Assembly (NCBI GenBank): GCA_049322255.1 | Contig: JBMORE010000157.1 | Coordinates: forward strand, 46,539 to 66,538 | Reading direction: 5' to 3' | Length of the DNA: 20,000 nucleotides | Source: Myxococcota bacterium | GTDB taxonomy: Bacteria; Myxococcota; Myxococcia; Myxococcales; Myxococcaceae | In this document: positions 9,006 to 19,410 of the stretch, one piece after another | Layout: each line of letters starts with the position of its first letter | Numbering within the stretch: the first letter of the stretch is position 1 | The notes under the pieces: generated by a model | The model's input: only the letters and a program-made list of their open reading frames with translations | Told to the model about the DNA's origin: nothing | Databases searched by the model: none | Program-made: the position numbers and the translations under genes

Positions 9006-9042
9006 CGCCCCTCACCCTAACCCTCTCCCAGGGAGAGAGGGG
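9002..9042 (-). repeat. BoxC-like palindromic repeat, copy 2, between convergent genes
   Basis: The + strand reads GTGACGCCCCTCACCCTAACCCTCTCCCAGGGAGAGAGGGG. It contains the degP stop (9003-9005) and the cyclase stop (9012-9014). Confidence 0.75.
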
Positions 9043-11006
9043 ATCTTCGTCTCGCCGCTCTTGGTGCGTTTGGCGGCGAAAGGCCCGCGCTCGCGGCCGG
9101 GGTGCAGCTCCATGCCGGAGGCGTAGCCGGTGACTTTGTTTCTGCCCGCGCGCTTGCTGGCGTAGAGCGCCGAGTCGGCGCAGTCGACCAGCCGCTCCTG
9201 CTCGCTGGCGTCAGCGGGAAGGTTGGAGACGCCCACCGAGATGGTGACGCGGCCTCCGGGCTGGACCTGAGCGTGCGGCAGGGGGGCCTCCTCGACGCTG
9301 CGCCGGAGCTTCTCCGCCACCTCGATCGCCTCGGCCTTGGACACTTGGGGGAGGATGAGCAGGAACTCCTCCCCTCCGTAGCGCCCGAGCACATCGACCT
9401 TGCGGGTCATGGTCTTCATCTGCTCGCACACCTTGCGCAAAACGTCGTCGCCCGCGCGGTGGCCGGCGGCGTCGTTCAAGTGCTTGAAGTGGTCGATGTC
9501 CACCATCAAGAGGGACACCTGGGTGCCGAAGCGGTTGGCGCGGTTGATCTCCAGCTCCAGGCGGGAGAAGAGGTGTCGACGGTTGGGCACGCCGGTGAGC
9601 GGGTCGGTGATGGACAGCTCGACGGTCTGTTCGTGCAGCTGGGCGTTCTTCACCGCCATCGCCACTTGATCGGCCACCGTGGTGAGAAAGTCGATCTCCT
9701 CGGCGGAGAAGCCCGCCGCCTCGGGGCGCTCGAAGTTGATCACCCCCAACAGGACGCCGCCGTGCAGCATCGGCAGGCACAGCAGTGAGCCCCGCCCGTG
9801 GGCGCTGCCTCCGCGCACGCGGAAGATCGAGCTGTCGGCCCCGAGGTCGGGGATGTAGAGCGATTTTTTGGTCTGCGCCGCCTTGCCGCAGGCGCCTTCG
9901 CCGACGTCGAAGGTCATGCCCTCGGTGCCCAGCCCGGCAGGGACCGCGCTTTTCACCTCGAGCTTGCCTTCGGCGTTGAGCAGCATGATGGAGAACTTGG
10001 GAATGCGCAGGCGGTCAGGCACCAGCGAGGTGATGCGCGAAAACACCTCGCCCGGCTCCAAGGTGGAGCTGAGCAGGCGCGCCACGTCGTTCAAAGTAGA
10101 CAGCTCGGTGAGGCGGTTTTCGAGCTTGGCGTTGGTCTCTTCCAGAGTGCGCTTGAGCAAAAGCTGCTCCTGGGCGGCCTGGAGATCGCGGTTCTTGTCG
10201 ATCTCCTCCGCCTTCATCGAAGTGATACGGGCCAGCATGCGGTTGAAGGCGAAGGAGAGCGCGCCCAGCTCGTCGTTGCGCCGCTCGTCGGCGCGCACCA
10301 AGAAGTCGCCGTCCTCGGCGCGCCGCATCGCCGCCGTCAGCCTGCGCAAAGGGTGGGTGACGAAGACGCGCAGGCCGATGGCGGTGGCGGCCGCCAGCAC
10401 CGCGGCGAACAAGAGCACGCTGTAGAGCGCGCCGCGGAACACCGACTGCACCTGCTGGTGTAGCTTCGGTTCGTCGATGGTGAGCTGTAGGACGCCGACC
10501 TTCATCGTGGTCTGGCCGGTGTGGCAGCCCGCGCAGGCCATGCCGCCCAAGGGGCGAACGAGCTCGATGCGTGACTTGCCCCCGAGCACGGGGAGGGCAG
10601 GGGAAGTGTCCACCTGCACCGTCTGGGGGCCGACGGCCAAAAGGCGCGTGCTTTCCGGGTGCGGCTTGCCCTCCTCTTCGACGCGCCGGGACCAGCGCAC
10701 CACCCCGCGGCGATCGACGATGCGCAGGCCGGAGACATAGCGGAACATCTTCCAATCCGAGCGCATGGCCTCGGTCACCGAACGGTGCACGCTGGCAGGG
10801 GCGTCTTCGGCCGACTTGCGATCGGTGAGGGTGAAGGTGGTGGAGAGGAGCTCCGCCAGCGCCACCGCCTCGTCGCGGGTCGCCTCGGAGACGGCGCGCT
10901 CCGCCTGGCGCCAGAAGAAAACCACGCCGCCCACGGCCACCAGCACCGCCGGGAGCGCAATGCCCCACAGCAGTTTTCTTCCAACCGAATCGAGACCCAG
11001 TGCCAA
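9012..11006 (-). CDS. Membrane-anchored diguanylate cyclase (TM - periplasmic CxxCH sensor - TM - HAMP - GAF - GGDEF)
   Basis: Two TM helices; HAMP (PLRRLTAAM...DELGALSFAFNRM); GAF (GACGKAA...SLLCLPM...LGVINF); DPLTG, MVDIDHFK, I-site RKVD, active site GGEEF, ADSALYASK. The TTG start is uncertain. Confidence 0.93.
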   Translation of the reverse strand: MALGLDSVGRKLLWGIALPAVLVAVGGVVFFWRQAERAVSEATRDEAVALAELLSTTFTLTDRKSAEDAPASVHRSVTEAMRSDWKMFRYVSGLRIVDRRGVVRWSRRVEEEGKPHPESTRLLAVGPQTVQVDTSPALPVLGGKSRIELVRPLGGMACAGCHTGQTTMKVGVLQLTIDEPKLHQQVQSVFRGALYSVLLFAAVLAAATAIGLRVFVTHPLRRLTAAMRRAEDGDFLVRADERRNDELGALSFAFNRMLARITSMKAEEIDKNRDLQAAQEQLLLKRTLEETNAKLENRLTELSTLNDVARLLSSTLEPGEVFSRITSLVPDRLRIPKFSIMLLNAEGKLEVKSAVPAGLGTEGMTFDVGEGACGKAAQTKKSLYIPDLGADSSIFRVRGGSAHGRGSLLCLPMLHGGVLLGVINFERPEAAGFSAEEIDFLTTVADQVAMAVKNAQLHEQTVELSITDPLTGVPNRRHLFSRLELEINRANRFGTQVSLLMVDIDHFKHLNDAAGHRAGDDVLRKVCEQMKTMTRKVDVLGRYGGEEFLLILPQVSKAEAIEVAEKLRRSVEEAPLPHAQVQPGGRVTISVGVSNLPADASEQERLVDCADSALYASKRAGRNKVTGYASGMELHPGRERGPFAAKRTKSGETKIPSLPGRGLG

Positions 11007-11099
11007 GGAAGGCGGCAGTGTCCGTCGTCTTGACGCACGAAGTCAAACCTTTGGCGGCAAGGTTTCGCCGACGTTTTCGCGGGGATACGCTGGGTGTCG

Positions 11100-11834
11100 A
11101 TGAGCGCGTTGTTCATCGTCTCGAGGTTGTTGCCCGTGCCGCACGGGTTTTCGGTGCGTGAAGGGGGTGTCTCCACTGGCCCTTTCGCCTCGCTCAACCT
11201 GGGCTTTTCGGTGGGAGATGCGCGGGCCCACGTCGAGGAGAACCTGGCGCGGTTGGCGCGTGCGGCAAACCTGCGCCCCGAAGACGTTCAATGTGTGTCC
11301 CAGGTGCACGGAGATGTGGTGCTCCACGATCCGGCTGTGGGTGCGGAGGCAGACGCCCTGTGGACCGAGCAACCGGGGAGCGCGGTGGGAGTGAAGACCG
11401 CCGACTGCGTGCCGATTCTGCTGGTCGATCCGGTTCGCCGGCGGGTGGCCGCGGTGCACTCTGGTTGGCGCGGCACGGATTTGGAGATCTCCGCGCGCGC
11501 AATCGAGGCGCTCGTGCGCGAGGGCTCCCGACCCGAGGACATGCTCGCGGCGATCGGCCCCGCCATTCAGGCCTGCTGCTACGAAGTCTCCTCCGAGCTC
11601 GCCGAGCGTTTTCGTGCCAAGTTCGGATCCGAGGTGCTGTCCGAAGGGGCAAACCAACCGCACCTCGATCTGGCTCGTGCAGTGCACGCGACGCTGCGAC
11701 GCGCGGGGCTGTCGCCCGACCGCATCGATCTCCTCAGGGAGTGCACCAGCTGCGATCGGACCCGCCACTTCTCGCACCGCCGCGACAGGGGACGCACCGG
11801 GCGGCATCTCTCTTTCGTGGTGTGTCGGTTCTGA
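11100..11834 (+). CDS. pgeF: Peptidoglycan editing factor PgeF (YfiH / laccase-domain family)
   Basis: Motifs HGFSVREGGVS, SLNLG, QVHG, TADCVPIL, HSGWRG, IGPAI..CCYEV, FSHRR. Start is either ATG 11100 or GTG 11094. Confidence 0.93.
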   Translation: MSALFIVSRLLPVPHGFSVREGGVSTGPFASLNLGFSVGDARAHVEENLARLARAANLRPEDVQCVSQVHGDVVLHDPAVGAEADALWTEQPGSAVGVKTADCVPILLVDPVRRRVAAVHSGWRGTDLEISARAIEALVREGSRPEDMLAAIGPAIQACCYEVSSELAERFRAKFGSEVLSEGANQPHLDLARAVHATLRRAGLSPDRIDLLRECTSCDRTRHFSHRRDRGRTGRHLSFVVCRF

Positions 11835-11890
11835 CGCTACAGCCTTGTGTCAGGCGTGGCTTTTCCGCCGCGGGGCTTTGGGAGGGATTC

Positions 11891-11920
11891 TTGACGCTTT
11901 CGGAGAGCGCTCCCTAGACT
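11891..11920 (+). promoter_or_regulatory. Putative sigma70-type promoter for the cpoB-tsaP genes
   Basis: TTGACG (11891-11896), 18-nt spacer, TAGACT (11915-11920). Confidence 0.55.
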
Positions 11921-11926
11921 TTCGCC

Positions 11927-12694
11927 ATTCGTTACCCATTCCTCATCCTCGTGCCCGCGCTTGGCGCGTGCGCGACCGACTCTGTGTCGAAGGCCGAGCT
12001 CCACGAGCTGCGTGCCGAGCTGCGCGCGATCCGCGAAGAGAACGCGCGGCTGGAGCGGCGGCTGGAGCGCGTCGAGGTCGGCTCCTCGGTGACCGGGAGG
12101 GTTTCGGGCACGCCGACGGCGGCGAAGGGTGCCTCCCACACGTTGCCTCCGCTCACCGTGGTCAAGCTCAAGCCCAAGGTCGAGCCGGCGCCCAAGCTGG
12201 AAACTGGTACCGCAGTGGTCGAGCCGGGGCCCGAGCAGATCGAAGCGCTCGCTTCGCCTCCGGCCACTGAGCCCTCCGAGGAGATCGAGCTCGATCCCGC
12301 GGTGGGCGAGGCGATGTTCGAGAACGGGCTTTCCGCGCTCAAGACCGGCAACGTGGCGGGGGGAGTCGACTCGCTCTTGCGCTTCGTCGAGCAGTTCCCC
12401 AAGCACGCCAAGGCGGACAACGCGCTCTACTTCAGTGGCGTGGGGCTGATGTCGCTCGAAGCGCTGGAGGATGCCGCCACCACCTTCGGGCGGGTGCTGA
12501 GCGCCTACCCGGCCAGTGACGCGGTGGTCGACGCGATGCTCAAGCTCGCCGAGTGCAACGTGAAGTTGAACCGGCCCGCGGAGGCGCGGGCGGTTTACGA
12601 AAAGATAGTCTCCACCTTCCCCGGCTCCGCTGCTGCCACGCAGGCATCGGCGCGGCTGGCCTCCATCGGCGCCACTGGCGCTGGCAGTCGTTAG
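11927..12694 (+). CDS. cpoB: CpoB/YbgF-like lipoprotein (coiled coil + C-terminal TPR); start codon ambiguous (ATT 11927 or GTG 11951)
   Basis: Lipobox LGAC, N-terminal coiled coil, YbgF-type TPR (FVEQFPKHAKADNALYF...YPASDAVVDAMLKLAEC...IVSTFPGSAAA). Confidence 0.8.
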   Translation: MRYPFLILVPALGACATDSVSKAELHELRAELRAIREENARLERRLERVEVGSSVTGRVSGTPTAAKGASHTLPPLTVVKLKPKVEPAPKLETGTAVVEPGPEQIEALASPPATEPSEEIELDPAVGEAMFENGLSALKTGNVAGGVDSLLRFVEQFPKHAKADNALYFSGVGLMSLEALEDAATTFGRVLSAYPASDAVVDAMLKLAECNVKLNRPAEARAVYEKIVSTFPGSAAATQASARLASIGATGAGSR

Positions 12695-12707
12695 GAGTTT
12701 CACACCG

Positions 12708-13904
12708 ATGCGAAACGTGCTCGCCGCTCTCCTCGCCGCCGTCAGCTTGACCTCGTGGCACGCCTCCGCTCAAGAGGGCGAGGAGGAGGCGCCCGCAGAA
12801 GAAGAGGCCCCGGCCGCCGAAACCGAGGGCGCCGAAGTGGTGGACCAAGGCGACCAAGTGCGCACGACGGGCAGGGAAGCCGCTCCGGGCGAGGTGCACA
12901 CCGTGGTGCGGGGCGACACCCTGTGGGACCTCTCGCAGCGCTACCTGGGCAGCCCCTGGTACTGGCCGAAGGTCTGGTCCTACAACCCGGAGATCGCCAA
13001 CCCGCACTGGATCTACCCGGGCAACCAGGTGCGCTTCTTCCCGTCCGGCGAAGAGGTGCCGACCCAAGTCGAGGTGGGCGAAGGGCCCGAGGTAGGTGAG
13101 GAAGTGGAGGCGGCGGAGCTGATCCCCGAGGACACCGAGGGCGTGCAGGTGGCGGGGAAGATTAGCTACAAGCCCCCCAGCACCACGCGGCTGACCGAGA
13201 TCGGCTTCGTCACCTCCAAGGAGCTCGACGAGACGGGGAAGATCGCCGGCTCCTTCGCCGAGTCGCAGATGCTCGCCTTCCCCGACAAGGTCTACCTCCA
13301 GTTCCGCCGCCAGAGCGACGCGCGGGTGGGCGATCGCTACGTGGTGTTCCGCACCCTCAAAGACGTGGAGCACCCGGTGACCGGCGCCAACGTCGGCTAC
13401 CTCACTCAGTTCTTGGGCGCGGTGCGCGTCACCGAGCTGTCCAACCGGCTCATCACCGCGCAGATCACCGACTCGTGGGACGAAATTTCCCGCGGCGACC
13501 TCATCGGCCCCTTCGGCGAGCAGATTGGCAAGCCGGTTTCTCCGCGCCCCAACGAGAAGGAGATGAAGGGGTACGTGGTGGAGGCGCTGATTCCGCACCT
13601 GACCATGGTGGGCGAGCACCACCAGGTGATCATCGATAAGGGCAGCGCCGACGGAGTGCTCCCGGGTAACACCTTCACCGTGGTGCGCCAGAATGACGGG
13701 GTGGCGGGCGACTTCATTCACCCGTCGGAGAACGACGAGGACTACCCGGTGGAGGACATCGCCACCTGCATGGCGATCGAGGTGAAGGATCGCGCCACCA
13801 CCTGCTTGATGCTCCGCTCGCTGCGCGAGGTGGTGGGCGGCGATCGAGTGGTGATGCGCGTGGGCGGCAGTGGCGCGCGCCCGGCCCAGGCGTCGATTCA
13901 CTGA
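12708..13904 (+). CDS. tsaP: LysM-domain protein, TsaP-like (type IV pilus secretin-associated)
   Basis: AGGAG RBS, signal peptide (ASA/Q), acidic linker, LysM HTVVRGDTLWDLSQRYLGSPWYWPKVWSYNPEIANPHWIYPG, C-terminal beta domain (IIDKGSADGV.PG). Position upstream of dprA is typical of tsaP. Confidence 0.78.
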   Translation: MRNVLAALLAAVSLTSWHASAQEGEEEAPAEEEAPAAETEGAEVVDQGDQVRTTGREAAPGEVHTVVRGDTLWDLSQRYLGSPWYWPKVWSYNPEIANPHWIYPGNQVRFFPSGEEVPTQVEVGEGPEVGEEVEAAELIPEDTEGVQVAGKISYKPPSTTRLTEIGFVTSKELDETGKIAGSFAESQMLAFPDKVYLQFRRQSDARVGDRYVVFRTLKDVEHPVTGANVGYLTQFLGAVRVTELSNRLITAQITDSWDEISRGDLIGPFGEQIGKPVSPRPNEKEMKGYVVEALIPHLTMVGEHHQVIIDKGSADGVLPGNTFTVVRQNDGVAGDFIHPSENDEDYPVEDIATCMAIEVKDRATTCLMLRSLREVVGGDRVVMRVGGSGARPAQASIH

Positions 13905-13927
13905 CTTCGGCGGTCGGCCTGGCCCGA

Positions 13928-14246
13928 AAGGGTGGGAACGCGAGGGCTCTGGCGCACCGGCAACATCGTCGAGCCCCGCGTTTTCGGGCGCCGTGACTCT
14001 GGCCCCCCTGGGGTTCTCTTTGCGGGTCTCCGATTTTCGGGAATTCGCTATTACCCTCGGCGCTCGTAACCCTGCGAAAGTTTGTCATCCATCCGCTGCG
14101 GAAACGCTCAAAACGCTCCGATCTGGTAACGGCGATTACCCGGAATTCAGAAGGGGCGAAACAGGACCCCAGGGGGGCCGCAGCGCCCGAAGACGTGGGG
14201 CTCGCTCTCGGTGCTTCCGCGCCGGAGCCCTCGCGTTCTCACTCTT
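13928..14246 (+). ncRNA. Candidate structured RNA: ~320-nt imperfect rod-like hairpin, family unassigned
   Basis: Nested stems: 13928-13955/14219-14246 (28 bp, 3 G-U), 13970-13991/14183-14204 (22 bp, 2 G-U), 14001-14017/14163-14179 (17 bp, 1 G-U), 14032-14041/14139-14148 and 14045-14055/14125-14135 (each with one mismatch). The inverted repeat is directly visible; transcription is inferred. Confidence 0.55.
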
Positions 14247-14262
14247 ACAAGCCGCGCCTACC

Positions 14263-14291
14263 TTGACCAGCCGAGGGGCCGCATTTATAGG
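14263..14291 (+). promoter_or_regulatory. Possible sigma70-type promoter for dprA-topA
   Basis: TTGACC (14263-14268), 17-nt spacer, TATAGG (14286-14291); the -10 lacks the conserved final T. Confidence 0.35.
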
Positions 14292-14382
14292 AACGCCCCC
14301 TTTCGTGTCGGACCCCACCTCTATATACGCGTGGCGTGCTGCAAGAGGCCCACGGGGCGAGGCGGAAAGGGAGGCGACGGGT

Positions 14383-15510
14383 ATGGCTTCTGGGTTGAAC
14401 CACATCGAGGGTGAACGGCGAACGGTGCTCGGGCTGTGGGCGGTGCCTGGCGTTGGCTCCAAGTCGATCGCCGCCATCCAAACGACGTTCGAGGACCTGG
14501 CAAGCCTCGCCGACGTCTACCCACATGAATGGCTCAGAAAGGTCGACCTTCCCGAGCAGGCGCGGCGGGCGTTGGCCTCGGCCCCCAAGCCGGGAGTGTT
14601 GGCCGACCGCGCCGTGGAGCGTTGTCTTTCCGCGGGCATCTCCATCGCCTTCCAAGGGGACGAGGCCTACCCTTCGCGCCTGGCCGAGGTGGGCGATGCG
14701 CCGCCGCTCCTTTTCTACAAGGGTCGCGTCGGCCCTCCTCGCCGCCGGCTCGCGCTCGTCGGCACCCGCCGGCCTGACATGACCACCTCCAAGTGGGCGC
14801 GCGAGTTCGCGCAGAGGGTCGCTGCCAAAGGCCTTGGGGTGGTGTCGGGCGCGGCGGACGGCATCGACCAGCAGTGCCACCTGGGCGCTCTCGACGTCGG
14901 TGGCGAGACGTGGGCGTTCCTCGGTTCGGCGCTCGATGAGATCGACCCCTCGCAGAAGCGGCTGTGGCGATGGGTGGAGGCGGGTGGCGGAGTGTACTTC
15001 AGCGAGCTGCCCCCCGGAGTGAGGGCAGACCGATCGACCTTCCCGCGGCGAAACCGGCTCATCTCCGGCGCGGCGGACGCGGTGGTGATTCTGCGTGCGC
15101 CGGAGGGCTCGGGCGCTCTGTACACCGCCGAGTATGCCGAAGCACAGGGGCGGCCGATTCTGGTAGTGCCCGGTGACGTCAGCAACGACAGCACCCGTGG
15201 AGGCAATGCCTGGCTGCGTGCCGGCCGGGCCACCGCGTGCCTCGACGTGGGCGATGCGCTCGCCGCCGTCGGCATGGACCGAGCCCTCTCCGGCCCTCCG
15301 CCCAAGCCCACCGCTCCCCGGGTGGACGTGGACTCCCTCTCTGCCAGCGCCCAGGCCGCGCTCCGGGTCGTCGACCGGACGCCGCGCGGCTTCGAAGAGC
15401 TGCTCTTGGCCAGCCGGGTGGAGTCGGGAACCTTGAGCAGCGCGTTGTGCGAGTTAGAGCTGTTGGGGCTTGTCGTGCAGCACCCGGGCAAGCGATACGA
15501 ACGGCTATAA
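14383..15510 (+). CDS. dprA: DNA-processing protein DprA (Smf)
   Basis: AGGGAGG RBS then ATG 14383. Motifs YPSRLAEV.DAPPLLFYKG, ALVGTR, VVSGAADGID...H.GAL, FPRRNRLISG, SGALYTA, VPG, and a C-terminal winged helix (LCELELLGLV). Confidence 0.95.
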   Translation: MASGLNHIEGERRTVLGLWAVPGVGSKSIAAIQTTFEDLASLADVYPHEWLRKVDLPEQARRALASAPKPGVLADRAVERCLSAGISIAFQGDEAYPSRLAEVGDAPPLLFYKGRVGPPRRRLALVGTRRPDMTTSKWAREFAQRVAAKGLGVVSGAADGIDQQCHLGALDVGGETWAFLGSALDEIDPSQKRLWRWVEAGGGVYFSELPPGVRADRSTFPRRNRLISGAADAVVILRAPEGSGALYTAEYAEAQGRPILVVPGDVSNDSTRGGNAWLRAGRATACLDVGDALAAVGMDRALSGPPPKPTAPRVDVDSLSASAQAALRVVDRTPRGFEELLLASRVESGTLSSALCELELLGLVVQHPGKRYERL

Positions 15511-15522
15511 GGGAAGGAACGA

Positions 15523-18009
<2,487 letters not shown>

Positions 18010-18047
18010 AAGGCATAGGAATTTCACGGGTCTAGACTTTTCAATGT

Positions 18048-18077
18048 GTTGACAAGCGCGAGGGGTCAACTAAGAAT
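18048..18077 (+). promoter_or_regulatory. Putative promoter with overlapping palindrome upstream of the motor cluster
   Basis: Consensus -35 TTGACA (18049-18054), 17-nt spacer, AAGAAT (18072-18077). Inverted repeat GTTGAC-N11-GTCAAC at 18048-18070. Confidence 0.45.
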
Positions 18078-18111
18078 CTCGCCGCGTCTCGCCGAAAGGA
18101 CTCGTACGTCG

Positions 18112-18840
18112 ATGACCTTCAGCATCGTGGTGCCCCACGTCGTGGATACGCTGCTCGCTGCCGGCAAGGCGAGCTTCCTCGACACCTCCGTCAAGTTCTT
18201 CAAGGACGGCGGTCCCTTCATGTTCGTCAACGTGTTCTGGCTGGCATGCGCGCTGGCGGTGGCGGTGGAGCGGATCATCACCTTGATGTTCCGCTACAAC
18301 CTCAACGCGCCTCCCTTCATGGAACAGATCACCAAGCTCGTGCTCACCGGCAACGTGGACCGCGCGGTGAAGCTGTGCGGCGCCGCGCCCAACGCGCCGT
18401 TGGCCAAGGTGATTCGCGCCGGGCTTTCGCGGGCCAACCGTGGCGAGATCGAGGTGGCCAAGGCGGTGGAGGAAGCCATCGTCGAGCACACCCCGCCGGT
18501 GGCAGCGCGCATTCCCTGGCTTTGGTCGATCGCCAACATCGCCACCCTGGTCGGGCTGGTCGGTACCATCTTCGGCCTCATCGGCACCTTCCAAGCGCTC
18601 GGTAACGTCCCTGCCGATCAGAAGCAGGTGCTGCTCTCCGACGGTATCTCCAAGGCGATGAACAACACTGCGTTCGCGCTCTCGATCGCGGTGATCTGCA
18701 TCATGTTCCACCTCTTCCTCACCTCGTATTCGAAGAACATGGTGGAGACGGTGGAGCTCAACGCCTTGCGGCTCGAGAACCTGCTGTCGCGTCGCAGCGC
18801 CGGCGAAACCTCGGCGATGGACTTCGAGAAGGCCTCGTAA
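18112..18840 (+). CDS. MotA/TolQ/ExbB proton channel family protein
   Basis: AAGGA RBS then ATG 18112. GGPFM...AVERI first TM, IATLVGLVGTIFGLIGTF, GISKAMNNTAFAL. Confidence 0.92.
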   Translation: MTFSIVVPHVVDTLLAAGKASFLDTSVKFFKDGGPFMFVNVFWLACALAVAVERIITLMFRYNLNAPPFMEQITKLVLTGNVDRAVKLCGAAPNAPLAKVIRAGLSRANRGEIEVAKAVEEAIVEHTPPVAARIPWLWSIANIATLVGLVGTIFGLIGTFQALGNVPADQKQVLLSDGISKAMNNTAFALSIAVICIMFHLFLTSYSKNMVETVELNALRLENLLSRRSAGETSAMDFEKAS

Positions 18841-18846
18841 GGCCCC

Positions 18847-19407
18847 ATGGCCTTCTATTTCTCCAGACGCAAAATCAAGCCGCGGCCGCACGAGCACATC
18901 GGCGAGCTGAACATCGTCCCTTACCTCGACATCTTGATGAACCTCATCATCTTCATGCTGATGAGCATCACCGGGCTGGCGGCGTTCGGCATCTTGAACG
19001 TGAACGCCCCCAGCTACGGTGGGCCGAGCGCGGGCGCGGGCGCCGAGAACCCCGACGGGCCCAAGCTCTTGCTCACCGTGGGCATCTCGGACAAGGGTTT
19101 TTTCGTCGCGGCCACTGGAGGCGTTCTGGGGGGCGAGCAACCCGCGCCAGGTGGGCAGCCTCCCGCCCAGCCGGGAGAGGGCGAACCCACCATTCCCAAG
19201 CTGGCCGACGGCAGCTACGACTACAAGGCGCTCAACGCCAAGATGCTGGAGATCAAAAAGGCGTTTCCCACCGAGACCAAGGTGATCGTCGCCGCGCAGA
19301 ACGAGGTGGCCTACGAGACCCTGGTGGCGACGATGGACGCGTGTCGGGAGACCATGGGGAAAGAGCGGCGGCTCCTGTTCCCCGACGTCACGCTGGGGGC
19401 ATTCTAG
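18847..19407 (+). CDS. ExbD/TolR family protein (first copy)
   Basis: ELNIVPYLDILMNLIIFML TM with conserved Asp28; C-terminal VIVAA..VAYETLVATMDA. Confidence 0.92.
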   Translation: MAFYFSRRKIKPRPHEHIGELNIVPYLDILMNLIIFMLMSITGLAAFGILNVNAPSYGGPSAGAGAENPDGPKLLLTVGISDKGFFVAATGGVLGGEQPAPGGQPPAQPGEGEPTIPKLADGSYDYKALNAKMLEIKKAFPTETKVIVAAQNEVAYETLVATMDACRETMGKERRLLFPDVTLGAF

Positions 19408-19410
19408 GCC

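Noticed and set aside
12540..13901. 453-aa minus-strand ORF (likewise 16051-17373, 5304-6590, 7637-8866)
   Set aside because: These overlap well-supported genes and have low-information Arg/Gly/Ala/His-rich composition typical of alternative frames.
13905..14260. Hairpin interpreted as retron msr/msd, IS/MITE, CRISPR array or hammerhead-containing viroid-like element
   Set aside because: No reverse transcriptase, transposase or cas gene in the window, no evident target-site duplication, no repeat-spacer periodicity and no CUGANGA hammerhead core seen. A non-autonomous element cannot be excluded without a genome-wide search.
13870..14382. 171-codon N-terminal extension of DprA in the ORF track
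   Set aside because: It overlaps the tsaP end, runs through the large hairpin and has no protein-like features. A strong RBS + ATG at 14383 gives a normal-length DprA.
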